DNA from: Bugula neritina
Taxonomy: Eukaryota > Animalia > Bryozoa
Direction: 5' to 3'
Length of the DNA stretch: 64,000 nucleotides
NCBI GenBank assembly: GCA_964035545.1
Contig: OZ037767.1
Span: forward strand, 11,976,581 to 12,040,580
The translations under genes and the position numbers were made by a program. How positions within the stretch are numbered: position 1 is the first letter of the stretch; each line of letters begins with the position of its first letter. Below the pieces are notes generated by a model. That model was not told where the DNA came from and searched no databases. It was given only the letters and a program-made list of their open reading frames with translations. Shown in pieces: positions 12,733-40,714 of the stretch.

Positions 12733-15700
12733 GCCTTCATTGACATTGTGAATCAGTTATAAAGCAGATTTTAGACTTGAAGAGCAAAGTAAACCAGCAA
12801 AGATATAATAAATTGTAGCAAACCTCAGCAGAAAAAATGACAAATCTGAGTGCATATAGATAATAGTTTAGGCATGCATTTAGGCAATACAAATTTAGCT
12901 ATACAGCTAAGGATAAAAATTTTTTTTTTTATTTATATAAGAACAAATTGGAAACAATATTAATAACGTTTGCAAATAGGATTAGAAGATTTTAAACGCA
13001 AAAGCCAAAAGAGCTTTCAGCAAAACGAGTAAAGAACTCATTGATCCATCGATAGACTTGCTTTAAGGGACATATATGTTGCTGTGATCATGTAAGGGTT
13101 AATATAATCTCTCTGTCTCATTGTGACTGTTTATTAGCTAAAATGCTGAAAGGACACTCAACCAGGAAAAGTGTAATAATTTATTTCTACGATAATTTAT
13201 CTATAACAAACAAAACCACAATCTAATTTATGGCAAAGAATTCATAATTAGTAAGTTTCATTCAAAATTGGCACAAAAAGTTTTAAATTTTATAATTGTC
13301 CTTGTGTAACCTTCAAACACAATAATCTTGCTTGACCGCTAGTTTTTTATGGAGATTAGATATCTCCAATATGCTAAAAACTGTTCATAGTAAGCATTTT
13401 AGTTCAAATATTTATAGGAACCTTAATGACTTGAAACACTTACCTAAAACAGACAACAAAGTGGCATGACACACTTCAACTAGTAACATATCAGTTTCCT
13501 TTATGATGGGATAAGTCATTTTATACTCTTTTTTCTTTCTGCCAGTATCAGCTACTGTTACCCTTGGCACACAGTTAATCTTCAGCAACAACAGAATCTA
13601 TATCCTGCCGAACTTTCTCCATGAAGTTGTATATTCGTTTGAAGTTGGAACCTAAATTAGCTACTGTGAGAAAACTACATAACTTTACAAAAACTACTTG
13701 CAAGATAAATGCAATCTTTTTTATGATCCTTTAGTGTTTTTCCACATTTGGTTGGTTCTCACTACTGCTATTTGGTAAATTTTGTTGAATAGTTTCCCCT
13801 AAAGAGGTAATGTGTGGATTGTTATGCAGGCTTGTACTATATGCAGCCAGCTGGCTCGATATTTGGTTTACTGGATATTATCTAATTAGCTGTTTGGCTT
13901 ACTAATTCTAAATGTGCGTGTTATTGTTGATGTCTGTGATTGACATCATGCACGCCTGCACTCTAACTCAAAGTGTTGCGTAATTCATCATAGTATATAA
14001 TATAGTAATCGACATATTATTTTATTTACCCATTTGTTCCAAATCCCAAATTAAATCACGCTAACATTTAAAATTTCGGTTTCAGAATCTGTGAGAATGT
14101 TTAGTTAGTAAATCAAAATGCGGCTATATTTAAACTATCAGTCATATTAATATTAGTGTATAGTGTTAGTGAAACTATTAGTATATGCATTATGAATAGT
14201 TTTCAATAATGTATATTTATGTTTTATTACTAAAATGTTACCATTCATCTCTTATAAGTGACTTTGTTTCTGTTGTCATAGTTATCTTTGTTGTTTTGGC
14301 AAGACTTACAAATTTAATTACTTTTTATACGCTCTACTTGGTATTCAAATAAAACTCTAAATAAAGTTGTTTATCTTATATAAGTGTTCAGCTCCTTGTT
14401 TTCTATGATACAAAAATTATAAAAATGGTGGATAAGTTGCAGATTTTATAACAAATGAGATAAATGTTTAAAAATATAAAAATACATCTGAGCTTGATAA
14501 AAAGTACACTGATGAATTGCATGAAAAAATAAATATGAGAGAACCACCGCACCTTAAAATTTTTGTTACAGAGGTTGTCAAAGGCATAGATTTCATAAAC
14601 TTGCAACCAAATTTTCACTAGAACACTACATACTTTACAAGTGTAAAACACATAGCTCTTCCCTTTTATATAACTTGAAAGCAAATTAACACAGTTCATA
14701 TAATACCTTTTTAAATCATCTGACAGACCAAATTTAGTGTTTGTGCTAGAGTGAGTCACATTTTTTATCATTGCTTTTAGCTACTGGCTGAGTCACTTTT
14801 TATGATATTGGGGTAAAATTACATTAAATTGACAAAATTATAATGAGATTAGCAACATTACTTGCGAATCGCAACTGTCGAACCAATATTGGTTACAGCT
14901 AACCAATGTTTCTTGTTAGTTTGCAAGATTTGACAAATAAAATAATAATATAGCAAATCGACATGATAGTGATAGAAACATTCAAAATTTCAAATGAAAA
15001 CTATGCTAACCTAAATATATTTTCCCTTTTGAACTGGTTGAAATTCACAATCACACTGGATGAGAAAAAGCGTCTGAGTAGCAATACCAGGCCATCGGTG
15101 TCGAAAGAAGTAGCTGCTAAATTCATTTCATCTTAGGCAAGCCAAAAGGCAGTTCTTAAAATCATTTCATTGGGATCCTGGGCTAAGGGGTAACATATTT
15201 TCCTGAATCTAATTTCGCCTCAATAAGATCTAAATAAAGACTGGCGAATACATTATGTGTTTCTAATTATCATTGTTTATTCCGCTTACTTGGAAATTAC
15301 TAGATGTGAAATTAGTAATATAATGAGTCTACAATTATACTTGATATCCTTAGTCCTAATTCTAACAAAACATCACCTTATTTTAAATAAATGAATTAAA
15401 ATAATAGATGAGTCATGAGACAGTTTGAAAAATGATGTACATATTTCCAGTTTATTTTAATTCCAAACTAAATTAGTTTTTTGTACCAATACCATTACTA
15501 TTTTCAATTCCAGTTTGACTTGCAGCTCGTAAGGGTTAGCTTTGAGTTAGAGGCTGAGCTAATCGCTGCATAAATGGTGAATGTGAAATGTCTAGTTTTT
15601 TAATATCTATGTATTTGTATAGTAGAATATCCTTAGTCTCATGTAATATTTGCAGTCAAAAATTGTATTTTTTTGAATTTTCAATTGGTTCAACTGCTTG

Positions 15701-16990
15701 ACTTTCTTTGAAAACTGAATCAACAGTTAAAGTAACTACAGACGTTATTGGGCAAAAAATTGTAGCTAACAATCACTTTGGCAAGTATTTTTTGTTTCTC
15801 TAACCCTGGTGACGAGAAGGAAATAATACTGTACAAATTGTGAATAGAAGAAAGCAAACGAAAAGTTAGCAGAAGCCAAAAGAGCTGTTCAAGGTAAATG
15901 CTTAGTAAAACTATATAATTTAAAAGAAATTTTATTTGGCTTTACATTAAATAGCTTTTCCTGATGAGGAAAAGGAATTAGTTAATTTATTACATTTAAT
16001 ACAATATATACTGAAGCTTATAAACATTTTATTTTCTTTTAGTCCAGGAAGTAGAATCTTATCAGTAATTATAAAATTAAAACTAGGGTATTACTTGCAG
16101 CATGCTTCTCAAGTATAATTCAAATTTATAGGGTAAAAAATGTCTAATATATCATTTTACTATGTATTATTTTAGAATCAAAGATTTTGAAGAACCAAAG
16201 ATTAATTTATTTGCATTCTTTTGAAACATTTCAACTGTTAAGCAAGTAGTTAATAATCATTTTGATATTTTGGGGAAAATTTGGACAGGATATAATTTCG
16301 CTAAGGCTTTCACGTTATTGAATTTTGTTTTTGGCTAGCATTTTATAAGATTTTTTAGCTGCTTCACATTTTTTGTTTTCGAAAAAATGACAGTGGCACA
16401 AGCAATTGTCTGACAGCATAGACCAAACAAAATTAGAACTTATGATGAATGTTTGAATGTAACCATTTTGCTAAGTATATCTGTTTGATTTCACATATAT
16501 TACAATAATAAAAAACTGTTTGAAAGATCACAACTTTTGTTTGATCCATTCTTACATTTCTGGAGGATAGATAAATTAGAGCAATGGGAATATACCACAG
16601 AAGTAGGGTCTCAACTTTCCCACATATAAATTTGCAAGTGTAAAAAGATTTAATCTAAAATTAATTACCCCAGGTAGGAGTAAAATCGTATCTCGGTTTG
16701 TTTTATTGGGGAACATAACCCAGGGATGGGGGTCCCAAATGCCGTGTTATTAAGCATGCATGTAAGTTCTTTTAAGAATTATAGTTCATTTAGATAGGAT
16801 TCTGTTGCATTGCAAGCTTGTTTCAACCCTCTCTCCCAGCCTGCCTCCTCTTCAAATTTTAATAATGGGTTTATATTTGGTGTTGGATTTATTTTGTCAC
16901 ATCAAATGTGTTACTGTTAGTAGCCTAGCAAGTTATTTTGCAAGAAAGTAAACTATATCATAATACACATTATATAAACGCGCTTTGCAG

Positions 16991-19900
16991 GCGTACATGG
17001 CCTCTGGTTTGTCAATAAGTGAAATGATGGACTCATGGACGAAAACCCCTGGTCTGCCACTCATATCTGCCGTTGTGGAGGAAGACCACGTGGCTGTCTC
17101 GCAGAGACCTTTCTTTCTCTGTCAGACCTGTAACAGCAGCAGTGGAGAGGAAGGGAGGTGAGTGTTCCAGTATTACCCAACTATTGGTTATCTCTCAGCT
17201 ATCTATATTATCTAAAATTATTTAATAACCAATAATCTATTAGCTATCTTTTGCTCATCTAAACATGCGTTGATACCTTCACAATTTTCAGTCATAATCT
17301 CAAATTTTGCGGAGTTGAAGGTTTCACCAAGTTGCATTGCATTGTAAAAGGCACTCGTCAAAATTTTTGTCATATGATAACTCCGTTTTTCGGCGAAGGT
17401 ATAAATGCATTTTAGTTGCTTTCTATTGGCTATATATTAGCTATCTAATAATTATTTTTTAGCTATTATTTGCTATATATTAGCTACTTTTTACCGTCTA
17501 TTAGTTACATAATAACTATATGTTAGCCATCTATTAGCTATCTGTTAGCCATTATTCTCTTTTATTGAAGGCATTAGTTTTTAAAATATAATTTATTGAA
17601 GTATTCTTCTGAAGTCTTAGACCAATAACTCAATGAGCTATCAACGTAAATGTTTAACAAAACTATATCCAACAAACAATTTCTATTAGCTTTTGTTGGA
17701 AATAAAACTACTAGAAGCAGATTGAAATTTTTTGAAGTTCAGACTGCCTGAGCAATGCATATAAGGTCATTGGGTCACATGTGCTTTTTTACTTTATGCT
17801 TTTCAGAAAATATTTTATCATTCATGATATTCTGTCATAGATTTTGACTAGCACAGCCTGTATGTGCTCATCTTTGAGCTCTCCATGCCTATTTCTTCTT
17901 GAGAGTGTATGTTCTTGTCGGTTGTAGAACTTGGGATGTGCCTTTACAATACTTCTATGAAAATAAAAAGGCTACCAAGACTAATCACTTCTATTTCAAC
18001 GCCACAAAAGGTTGATTTACTTATATTACACTATTTCCTCTAGTCCGTATTCAACTTTTTCTGTTATATAGTTTATATAGGCTTAGTAACAGATTAAGTG
18101 AAAGGGGAAAACCTGCTTCCTAAAACTCGTAATCCAATGCAGCTAACTGCTCCAGGGTACCTGTTCTTCAGTCCCAATCATTATTATGTATAGGATGTTG
18201 TTTATGCAGCTATCGATGCTCATATACATTGATGGTTGTAGATCATCCCCCCCCCCTCCAATCAAAGTGGTAATATATCCTAGGCCCTAAAACAATGTAA
18301 TGTAATAATCAATAATATGGTTTATAACCGAATATTCTTTCTACTCTCTTGATTACAATTTTATTTGGTTCTGTTAAATGTTTCACTTAAATGTGTTTTT
18401 AATGAATACTGCAGAAAGCAACATTATGCAAGACGTAGACTGGATAAAGTTAAATGCAGATTGGACTGGGTTCTATTTAGTCAACAACACAGACATAAAC
18501 CTAGTAGACTTGGAGGTGGGTGTTTTAATATCTCTCCGAGGGGGGGCTAGTCTTCCGTGTGAGGAAGAGCCAGCAGTATAAATAGAAAATATAAATGACA
18601 TGTTGAATGGAGTTCAATCAGCATTTTAATTATGTTCTAGTATTTTATAGTAGAGCAACACAATGTTGTATTATTTTGTGTTAGTCTATGTTGTATTGTA
18701 CTATGGTATGTTGCCTTATGCTAACAACAGACCTGTAAGATGGCCGAAACTGAATGTATTAGGTAAAATAATATTCACATAAATTTATATACATAATCAT
18801 TGTTTTTCAGTCAATGTCGGATGTTGATGTAGCTAATATGTTACATAACTCGCTACAACTCATCAGGTAAGTCAAAAGTATTCCTAGTTCTGTTTCCTTC
18901 AAACTGAAGCTGACACTGTAACATGTCACTGACTCACTCTAACTTACTATTATATTAAGAAGTGTACTACCACCTCACAATCACATTATAGAGTTCAACC
19001 ATGCTGTTGTCTACTTATTCTTCCTAAGTTTGCCAGTCCGTTTTTCTTCTACAATTTTTCTGTTGACTATCTCTCTCAACTGTGCTCTGTGTATTGCTAC
19101 TGCTTCCTACTCACTGATGTTAGTTCTGAGCTCATTCATTTCTGGCTTTGCAGCACCTTTCAAGTATAATTTTGTCCTGTTCATTTTAATGCCAGGCTTT
19201 GAATAGCATGATGCTCTAGAGTCTAAATGGTAATCATTGAAAAGGTTCCAAGTGCTTTGCTGATCTGAAAGGCAATCTGTTGTGGATTGCATTTCATGTA
19301 TAACCAGATGTCATTGTTTTTGACCGCAGATCACATTCCTTGCCTGTCTACAATGCTGGAACACGTTCACTAATAGATTCTTCTCAAATCTAAATCTGTA
19401 CAATTTTATAACTGAATCATAGCAGTGGTATCATGACCAGGGACACAAAGTTCCTTTCTATTTGCGCAACACTTGTTTTAAAGTTACATTCAGACTGAAA
19501 TCTGTGCAGGCTGAAGAAAAATAGTTGGTAACTGCCTGCAGGAGTTTCTCAGCCCAACAAACCATCCCCAAATAGAAACTCGTCAATGCTAGGCATTGTG
19601 GAGTTATTTTTAGAGTTTAGACGCTCATGGTATTAGCTGCTAGATTTTTATGAAATATCCAAAAAATGAATATACTATTTGGCGTCCACTAAATAGAGTG
19701 AAGTGACCCATTTACTTCCACTCTCATCTCTAGCCTCACCTGACATCTACTCTTAGCACACAGCAACATCTGTTCTTAGCTCACAATAACATCTGTTCTT
19801 AGCACACACCGACATCTACTCCTGGCTCACAATGACATCTAGTCTTAACACACTGACATCTGTTCTTAGCTCACAATAACATCTGTTCTTAGCACACACC

Positions 19901-21306
19901 GACATCTACTCCTGGCTCACAATGACATCTAGTCTTAGCTCACAATGACATCCAGTCTTAGCTCACAATGATATCTAGTCTTAGCACACACCGACATCTA
20001 CTCCTGGCTCACAATGACATCCAGTCTTAGCTCACAATGATATCTAGTAATAGCTCACATGGGTATTTATGTTCTTTATATCATGCAGGGAAGGGTCTCT
20101 AAGCTCTCAAAGTTTTATATCTACACTGAAGAGAGCAATGACGACTGAGCAGCCGGGGTATCTCACTACCTACATGGTGCTGCAGAGTTGGTGGTTCATT
20201 CTGAACATCTTTGATCAGGACTATGTTAGTTATAATGAAGTCTCAGGTGCAGCATATGTCTGGCTCAACGTATCTAACATGGATGTGTCATATGAAACTC
20301 TGAGTAATATGACAGTAACGGACAGGTGCTTTATGTCATTTATTGATTCAATTTCAGCTGTATTGAGCACAGGAATGAGTTTTATCTTGGAATATAGGCA
20401 TTCAAGAGTTCATAATTAAATCAAGGCATTTGTATGGTTTCAGAGAGCTGTTAGTTTCGAAGCTGAAGATGGCTCTGTCTATAGACCATGATAGAGTGGT
20501 GGATGACAACCCTGAGTTTCACAACCTCACTGTGCTCTGGAGACGGAGTATTGAGTGGACCAATTTTAGCTATGAGGGGTGCGCTTTATACTTTAAACCT
20601 AGACTTATAGTTTAGTGTACATGAGGCTACATTTAATTGATTTTTTCGTGGAATAAACTGGTAATTAATTTATGTAAATAGACAAAATGTGTACAGAGAA
20701 CTAAAAGCTTTTGGAGACATTTCAATCGCAATTTAGATTAAATCCTTGGCCGCTAGCCTAATTAGTCTACTAGTGTTTGCATGGATTGTAATTACATAAT
20801 TCAAAAATTGTTATTATGTTATGTTACCATTATATAATTCACATAATGCATGTATACTTAGCTCACATGTTGAAAAGTCCATGTTGAGTTGTACACACAC
20901 AGCCTCCTATAATAATATGGTATCATTATAGAATCATTCACAAAGATATAGCTAGAGAAGTTGGCAAATGCTCTTTCCTGGCTGATGAAGAAGATATGTG
21001 GAGTTTATTGTGGAAGGAATACTCAGAAGCCACAGTTCCAAGTTGGGAAACTGATTTAGAAGTTATCCTCACATCTGCAAAAGATATCATGTTATTATTA
21101 AGGTTGTTCCCCGCTATAGTAATACACTCTGCGTCAGTAAGATTAATCTCCATTAGCTTATAAATCCAACAATATACTTTATATTGGTATAAGAGTTGGC
21201 TCCCTCTGTAGAATTTTACTTTGCCATTTTAAATTTTATCCGAAGCTTATTTATTTAATCAAATATTAATTCTTTCCTGTATGTATGTATGTATATGTTT
21301 GTAATA

Positions 21307-21389
<83 letters not shown>

Positions 21390-23156
21390 TGATGTGAAAA
21401 AGTTTAAGGACGCTTGCAAAAATTTCTATGTATCTTGTTTAATAGGCATTTCTTGTAAGTTCTTAATATTTTCCTGCAAGTTCTATATATCAAAATGACC
21501 CTTAGGATGTGCTCTACAATTTCCATCTTCTAAATTCTTGCTGTTGTGATGTTTTCTACCCATTTTTGGGCCAACTGCACAGGCAGCTAGGGAAGCGCAA
21601 CTCCTGTATTTTTATGTAACCAAAGTTTATCGACTTTTATAACCACAAAAGGCTAAATAGTGAAATTTGATTTTGTGCATGGCATCATGATATCATAAAG
21701 TATAACTTTCTTTTATAATTTTAAATATGTCATTTAGCTGTGAGCTTTTACATGGTGTCCACTTGGGTGCTGCCCATAGACTAAATGAGAGCTGTAAATC
21801 TTCCTTCAGAGACAAAGTTTGAAATAATTTTTTTTGCACAAAGAAGGTTATTCAATTAGGAAAATATCTGAAAAGGTTGGCAAAGTAAAGACAACTGTAC
21901 CTCAAATTATCAAGAAGTTTATGGACACCGGTAGTGTAGCAGATGGACCTGAAAATGGCCGACCAAAAATAAGCACACCTAGAGATGACAAGGTTCTCAT
22001 TGGGATCAGCAAGAAATATTGCCATAAAACAAGTCTTGAGTAGGCAAGGAATAGTCAGAATCAACAGGAACACCAGCTTCAACATCCCTGATAAGGCAAG
22101 ATTGCTGAGCTATGGTTTACATGGCTGCAAAGCAAGAGGAAGCCTCAACCAACCGAGAAGCAGCAAAAAAGCCGGGTACGGTAGACCAGGGAGCCTGGTA
22201 ATTAGACAGTGAATGATTAGAAAAAAAGTAATTTTTTCAGATGAATCCATATTTAATGTGAACAATCATGCTGGAAACTGTTGTGTTCAAAGATACCAGT
22301 ATGAGAAATATAACCCCTAATGTATTCTTCGAACAATTAAGCACTCTATCGGTGTTATGTTCTGGGGTTGCATAACACGAAAAAGTGTAGGTCGACTCAG
22401 TAATTGCTCTGGAATGATGTTAATGCTCAAAAATATATGGAGAATCTTAATGCTAAACATCTTCCAATCATAAAAAACTTCTTTTTAAATGAAATTAACA
22501 TATTTGAAGATGACAATGCACCATGCCATTGGGCAAAAACTGTTAAAAAGTGGATGAAAAAGCAGAGGGTCTCAATGCTTAACTGGCCAGCACAAAGCCG
22601 GGACTTGAACCCAATAAGAAATTCATGGTCAAGAATGGCTAAAATAGTCTCTTCACAAAAGCCAACAACTAAGGTGACACTCATAGAGCCTGTAATTCAT
22701 GCATGGCATCATGTCGTGACTGAAAAGGAGTTGGAGAAGCTGTACAAGTCGATGCCTCGTCGCTGCCGACTTGTGATTGAGAATAAAGGCTAGCCAACAA
22801 AATATTGATACTAAAATTTAAAGCACTGTGTGTTGCAATGCTGCTATAATGTGTATAACAATTCACATATAATATTTTTCTATGTTTCAAGTAAAATATT
22901 CTGATGCCCTACAGTACACACAAATTGTGAGAACATTGAATAATTCCCATATATGCATAGTATCTCATAGTTTCACCCAAGTTTTTGAAGGATGTAAAAA
23001 AAGACACTTATAATTTATATGAATGAGATAAGGAGATCTTAAGGATCATTTTGATAGGCACCATGCCTATGGAAATACTTTAGTTATATCTTAAAATTAG
23101 CTTAGAACATTGCTATCATGAAAAACAGGGAGGCGTCCTTAAACTTTTCCACAGCA

Positions 23157-23249
<93 letters not shown>

Positions 23250-24984
23250 AGGTTAGAGTATATGCATATTATAGATTAGAGTATATGCATATTATAGATT
23301 AGAGTATATGTATAATCAGTTTTATCGTATTTATTATTCATTATATCTTTCTTTTAGAATGTTGGATAATTGTCTCATCGAGGAAAAGATAAAGCAGGAT
23401 AAGACAATTTCTGTAATTAGCTTGATAACTGGTCAGCGTAGAGGTCGAGCAGTTGGCTGGGATTTTATCCGAACCAACTGGGACTTCCTGTATGACAGGT
23501 AGACTCTACATACCTATGTACCTACAGTACATATTGTATATACAGTAAATGTTGTGTATACAGCACATGTTGTGTATACAGTACATGTTGTGTATATAAT
23601 ACATGTTGTATTGTGTATGAATACATTGTGTAGTATATATACGAATGTTGTCATATCAGTATGTCTATCTACAAAGTAACTTTCCAGCCATCTGAACTAC
23701 AAGGACTTAGTAACAGCTAAATAACTTTGTATTTTCAATTTTAGTTTTCTTTCTTACTAATTCCTCTATTTCACTCAGCAAACTTCGAACAAATACTTGA
23801 CTTGAGATTAACGGAGCTGCTATTACATGCACTTTACCTCCCACCTTTACCTCCCACCCTTACCTCCTACCTTTACCTCCTGTCTTTACCTTTTATCTTT
23901 ACCTCCTACCTTTGCCTCTCATCTTTACCTCCTGTCTTTACCTTTACCTCTTACCTTTACCTCTTGCTTTTACTTTGTAGACATAAGACTCAGATATCCC
24001 GTCTTGTTTCAGCCTCTACGTCCACTTTTTCCAGCCATCAGCGACTGCATGAGGTGAGTTTTACCACCCAGTATATGCACTAATTCCTAACACTCCACAA
24101 TGCGTGTAGACTTAAACTGCTGCCGCTTCAAAATATATTCATTCTACTCATTCCATCAATGTAAATCTCGGCAGGTTTTGGCTGATAATAGCAGTTGGTT
24201 TGCGGTTTCACTAAAATTATCATCATCAGCAACTGTAATATTATCAGCTCATCTCTGCAAACTATATTCACCCAGTTACTGTACATGTATGTTGTATTCA
24301 CTCAGTTACTGTACATGTATGTTGTATTCACTCAGTTACTGTACATGTATGTTGTATTCACTCAGTTACTGTACATGTATGTTGTATTCACTCAGTTACT
24401 GTACATGTACGTTGTATTCACTCAGTTACTGTACATGTATGTTGTATTCACTCAGTTACTGTACATGTATGTTGTATTCACTCAGTTACTGTACATGTAT
24501 GTTGTATTCACTCAGTTACTGTACATGTATGTTGTATTCACTCAGTTACTGTACATGTATGTTGTATTCACTCAGTTACTGTACATGTATGTTGTATTCA
24601 CTCAGTTACTGTACATGTATGTTGTATTCACTCAGTTACTGTACATGTATGTTGTATTCACTCAGTTACTGTACATGTATGTTGTATTCACTCAGTTACT
24701 GTACATGTATGTTGTATTCACTCAGTTACTGTACATGTATGTTGTATTCACTCAGTTACTGTACATGTATGTTGTATTCACTCAGTTACTGTACATGTAT
24801 GTTGTATTCACTCAGTTACTGTACATGTATGTTGTATTCACAGATGGACGAGTTTTTCGAGAAGAATAAAGTGGGCGGGGACGAACGTGCGGTGAGTCAG
24901 GCTCGCGAAATCGTCCTGTCGAACATCTTCTTTATGGAGAATCGCTCTGAAGACATCCTCAATAGTATTCTCGAAATGGGATAG
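16991..24984 (+). CDS. M1 aminopeptidase N-like gene, copy 1: 3' ten exons only (C-terminal ERAP1_C-type region)
   Basis: Exons 16991-17157, 17928-18010, 18415-18515, 18811-18866, 20089-20325, 20444-20578, 20932-21102, 23358-23498, 23981-24053, 24844-24984. All GT-AG, phase-compatible and stop-free. Motifs MMDSWTKTPGLPLI, WIKLNADWTGFYLV and GRAVGWDFIRTNW; matches exons 12-21 of the downstream paralog one for one. Confidence 0.85.
17259..17416. mobile_element. Small MITE-like element inside a degenerate TATTAGCTATC repeat
   Basis: Imperfect terminal inverted repeats CTAAACATGCGTTGATACCTTC ... GAAGGTATAAATGCATTTTAG. Confidence 0.5.
19741..20059 (+). repeat. Intronic minisatellite, ~23 bp x ~14 (GACATCTAGTCTTAGCTCACAAT), with ~90 bp higher-order period
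   Basis: Directly visible; ends ~30 nt before the acceptor at 20088. Confidence 0.93.
21387..23159 (+). mobile_element. Full-length but inactivated Tc1-like transposon in an aminopeptidase intron, flanked on both sides by (TA)n
   Basis: 27-bp TIRs CAGTGATGTGAAAAAGTTTAAGGACGC / CAGTGCTGTGGAAAAGTTTAAGGACGC (2 mismatches). HTH GYSIRKISEKVG, GRPK, FSDES, DDNAPCH and WPAQSRDLNPIRN (catalytic E lost); stops and frameshifts. Confidence 0.95.
23830..23972 (+). repeat. Degenerate pyrimidine-rich TTTACCTCC repeat abutting acceptor 23980
   Basis: Directly visible. Confidence 0.85.
24271..24843 (+). repeat. Minisatellite 30 bp x 19 (CTCAGTTACTGTACATGTATGTTGTATTCA) ending in the last-exon acceptor
   Basis: Near-perfect units; the final TATTCACAG at 24843 precedes the exon starting ATGGACGAG. 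Confidence 0.98.
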
Positions 24985-26383
24985 GACGAGATGCTCTCTC
25001 GTGTCTACTCTCTACTCTACCTTACATGTTTTCAACTTTCTTTCAAGTGCAATATGCAGCCACGAGGTTATATTAAATTACATATTTAAGCAGCAGAACA
25101 TTTTCTATAAGTATCACATCGGCTACATTCATGTATTTTAATCAGATGTAATCATTTTACCTTGTAACAAGGCTTAAGCCTTTGTTGACGTGCGAGACTT
25201 CCATGGGCCAATAGGTTTGCTTCTTAAAGTAATATAACAGTAATTGAGTTGTTTTTATGTACAGAGTTATGAGATGGTGCTCTAAACACACGGAGTTTGA
25301 GTATCCTTTTAATCACAGTTGTCTTTAGAAATCAATTTAAATCAACTGGCACAGTAGATCTCGAAAGGGTGGGTTTGTGTTGAATTGTATAATTGGTGTA
25401 TAGCTATGGCATTCACTAGCTCCTGATTCAACCTTTTTATTAAACTATGTGTGAATGAGCCTAGTAACCAGTCACTAATTCTCCTGTTTTTAGTAAATTT
25501 TAATGCCCCCCCCCCCCAAATCAATGCCTCATTGTTAAAACAGAAACAGTATAAACTCCAGGAGCAGGTTTTATCATTGGCTACAGTAAATTGACACTGC
25601 CTCTTTTAAGATAGTTTTATGGAGCTATTTAATTCTGACCATTTGGTTAGTCTGTATCTCATTCACATATTAGCCTTCCATTAACTCTGTACAAGCTAAT
25701 CCATCAAACATAGTCTCACTGTTGGACCATAAAAGTCTAGGAACACAACCCCTGTAACTCTTAATAGCTCCATCTTTGGGTAGCTTTCTTACTTACAAAT
25801 CTCCTGCACTCTACTTGCATCAAGCATCGACTCTTTTGTCATGCATATATTTTCTTATACTAGCTCTGTTTTTATGTTATGAAGGACACATGTTTTACCT
25901 CTCTCAAGAGTTCAACATTATCTATACATACCTGATGAATGTAACCATCACTAGATCTGAATTTGCCTGTGGTGTTGTGAAACATTTGTTTTCTTGTACA
26001 TCAGGGTTTTGTTTTCATTCTTTTTTAACATTTCAATAAACTATTTTAATAACATATGTGACTTTTCATAAAAAATCTCTTCATACAATAAACTGTTATA
26101 TTAGACCCATAAACTTTTTAATAAAAACCTGTAGTTGTAGATCTAACATGGTTGCATTTTAGTAGCATGCATGCGGTGTGTAGTTATGCTGTCTGCTATA
26201 TCTGATATTTTCATCAAGTTTTGATAGTACTGGATTCTGAAACGAGTGGTTCATCAACAATACAACATATCAAAGCCAAGTGGCATTATGTTAGTGTATT
26301 GTTTAGCTAACTATCGCCATAAGCAGATCTCTAGTATACTCCGTGTCACTCAGTATGCCAACGCAGCTCAACAACCTCTAAAC

Positions 26384-40714
<14,331 letters not shown>

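Noticed and set aside
13000-16900. Short ORFs (e.g. 14403-14771) and possible exons
   Set aside because: No recognisable motifs; AT-rich sequence resembling non-autonomous transposon remnants that I cannot delimit.
24100-24984. 294-aa Cys-rich ORF (LSYCTCMLYS)n
   Set aside because: Intronic 30-mer array that happens to be in frame with the real last exon at 24844.
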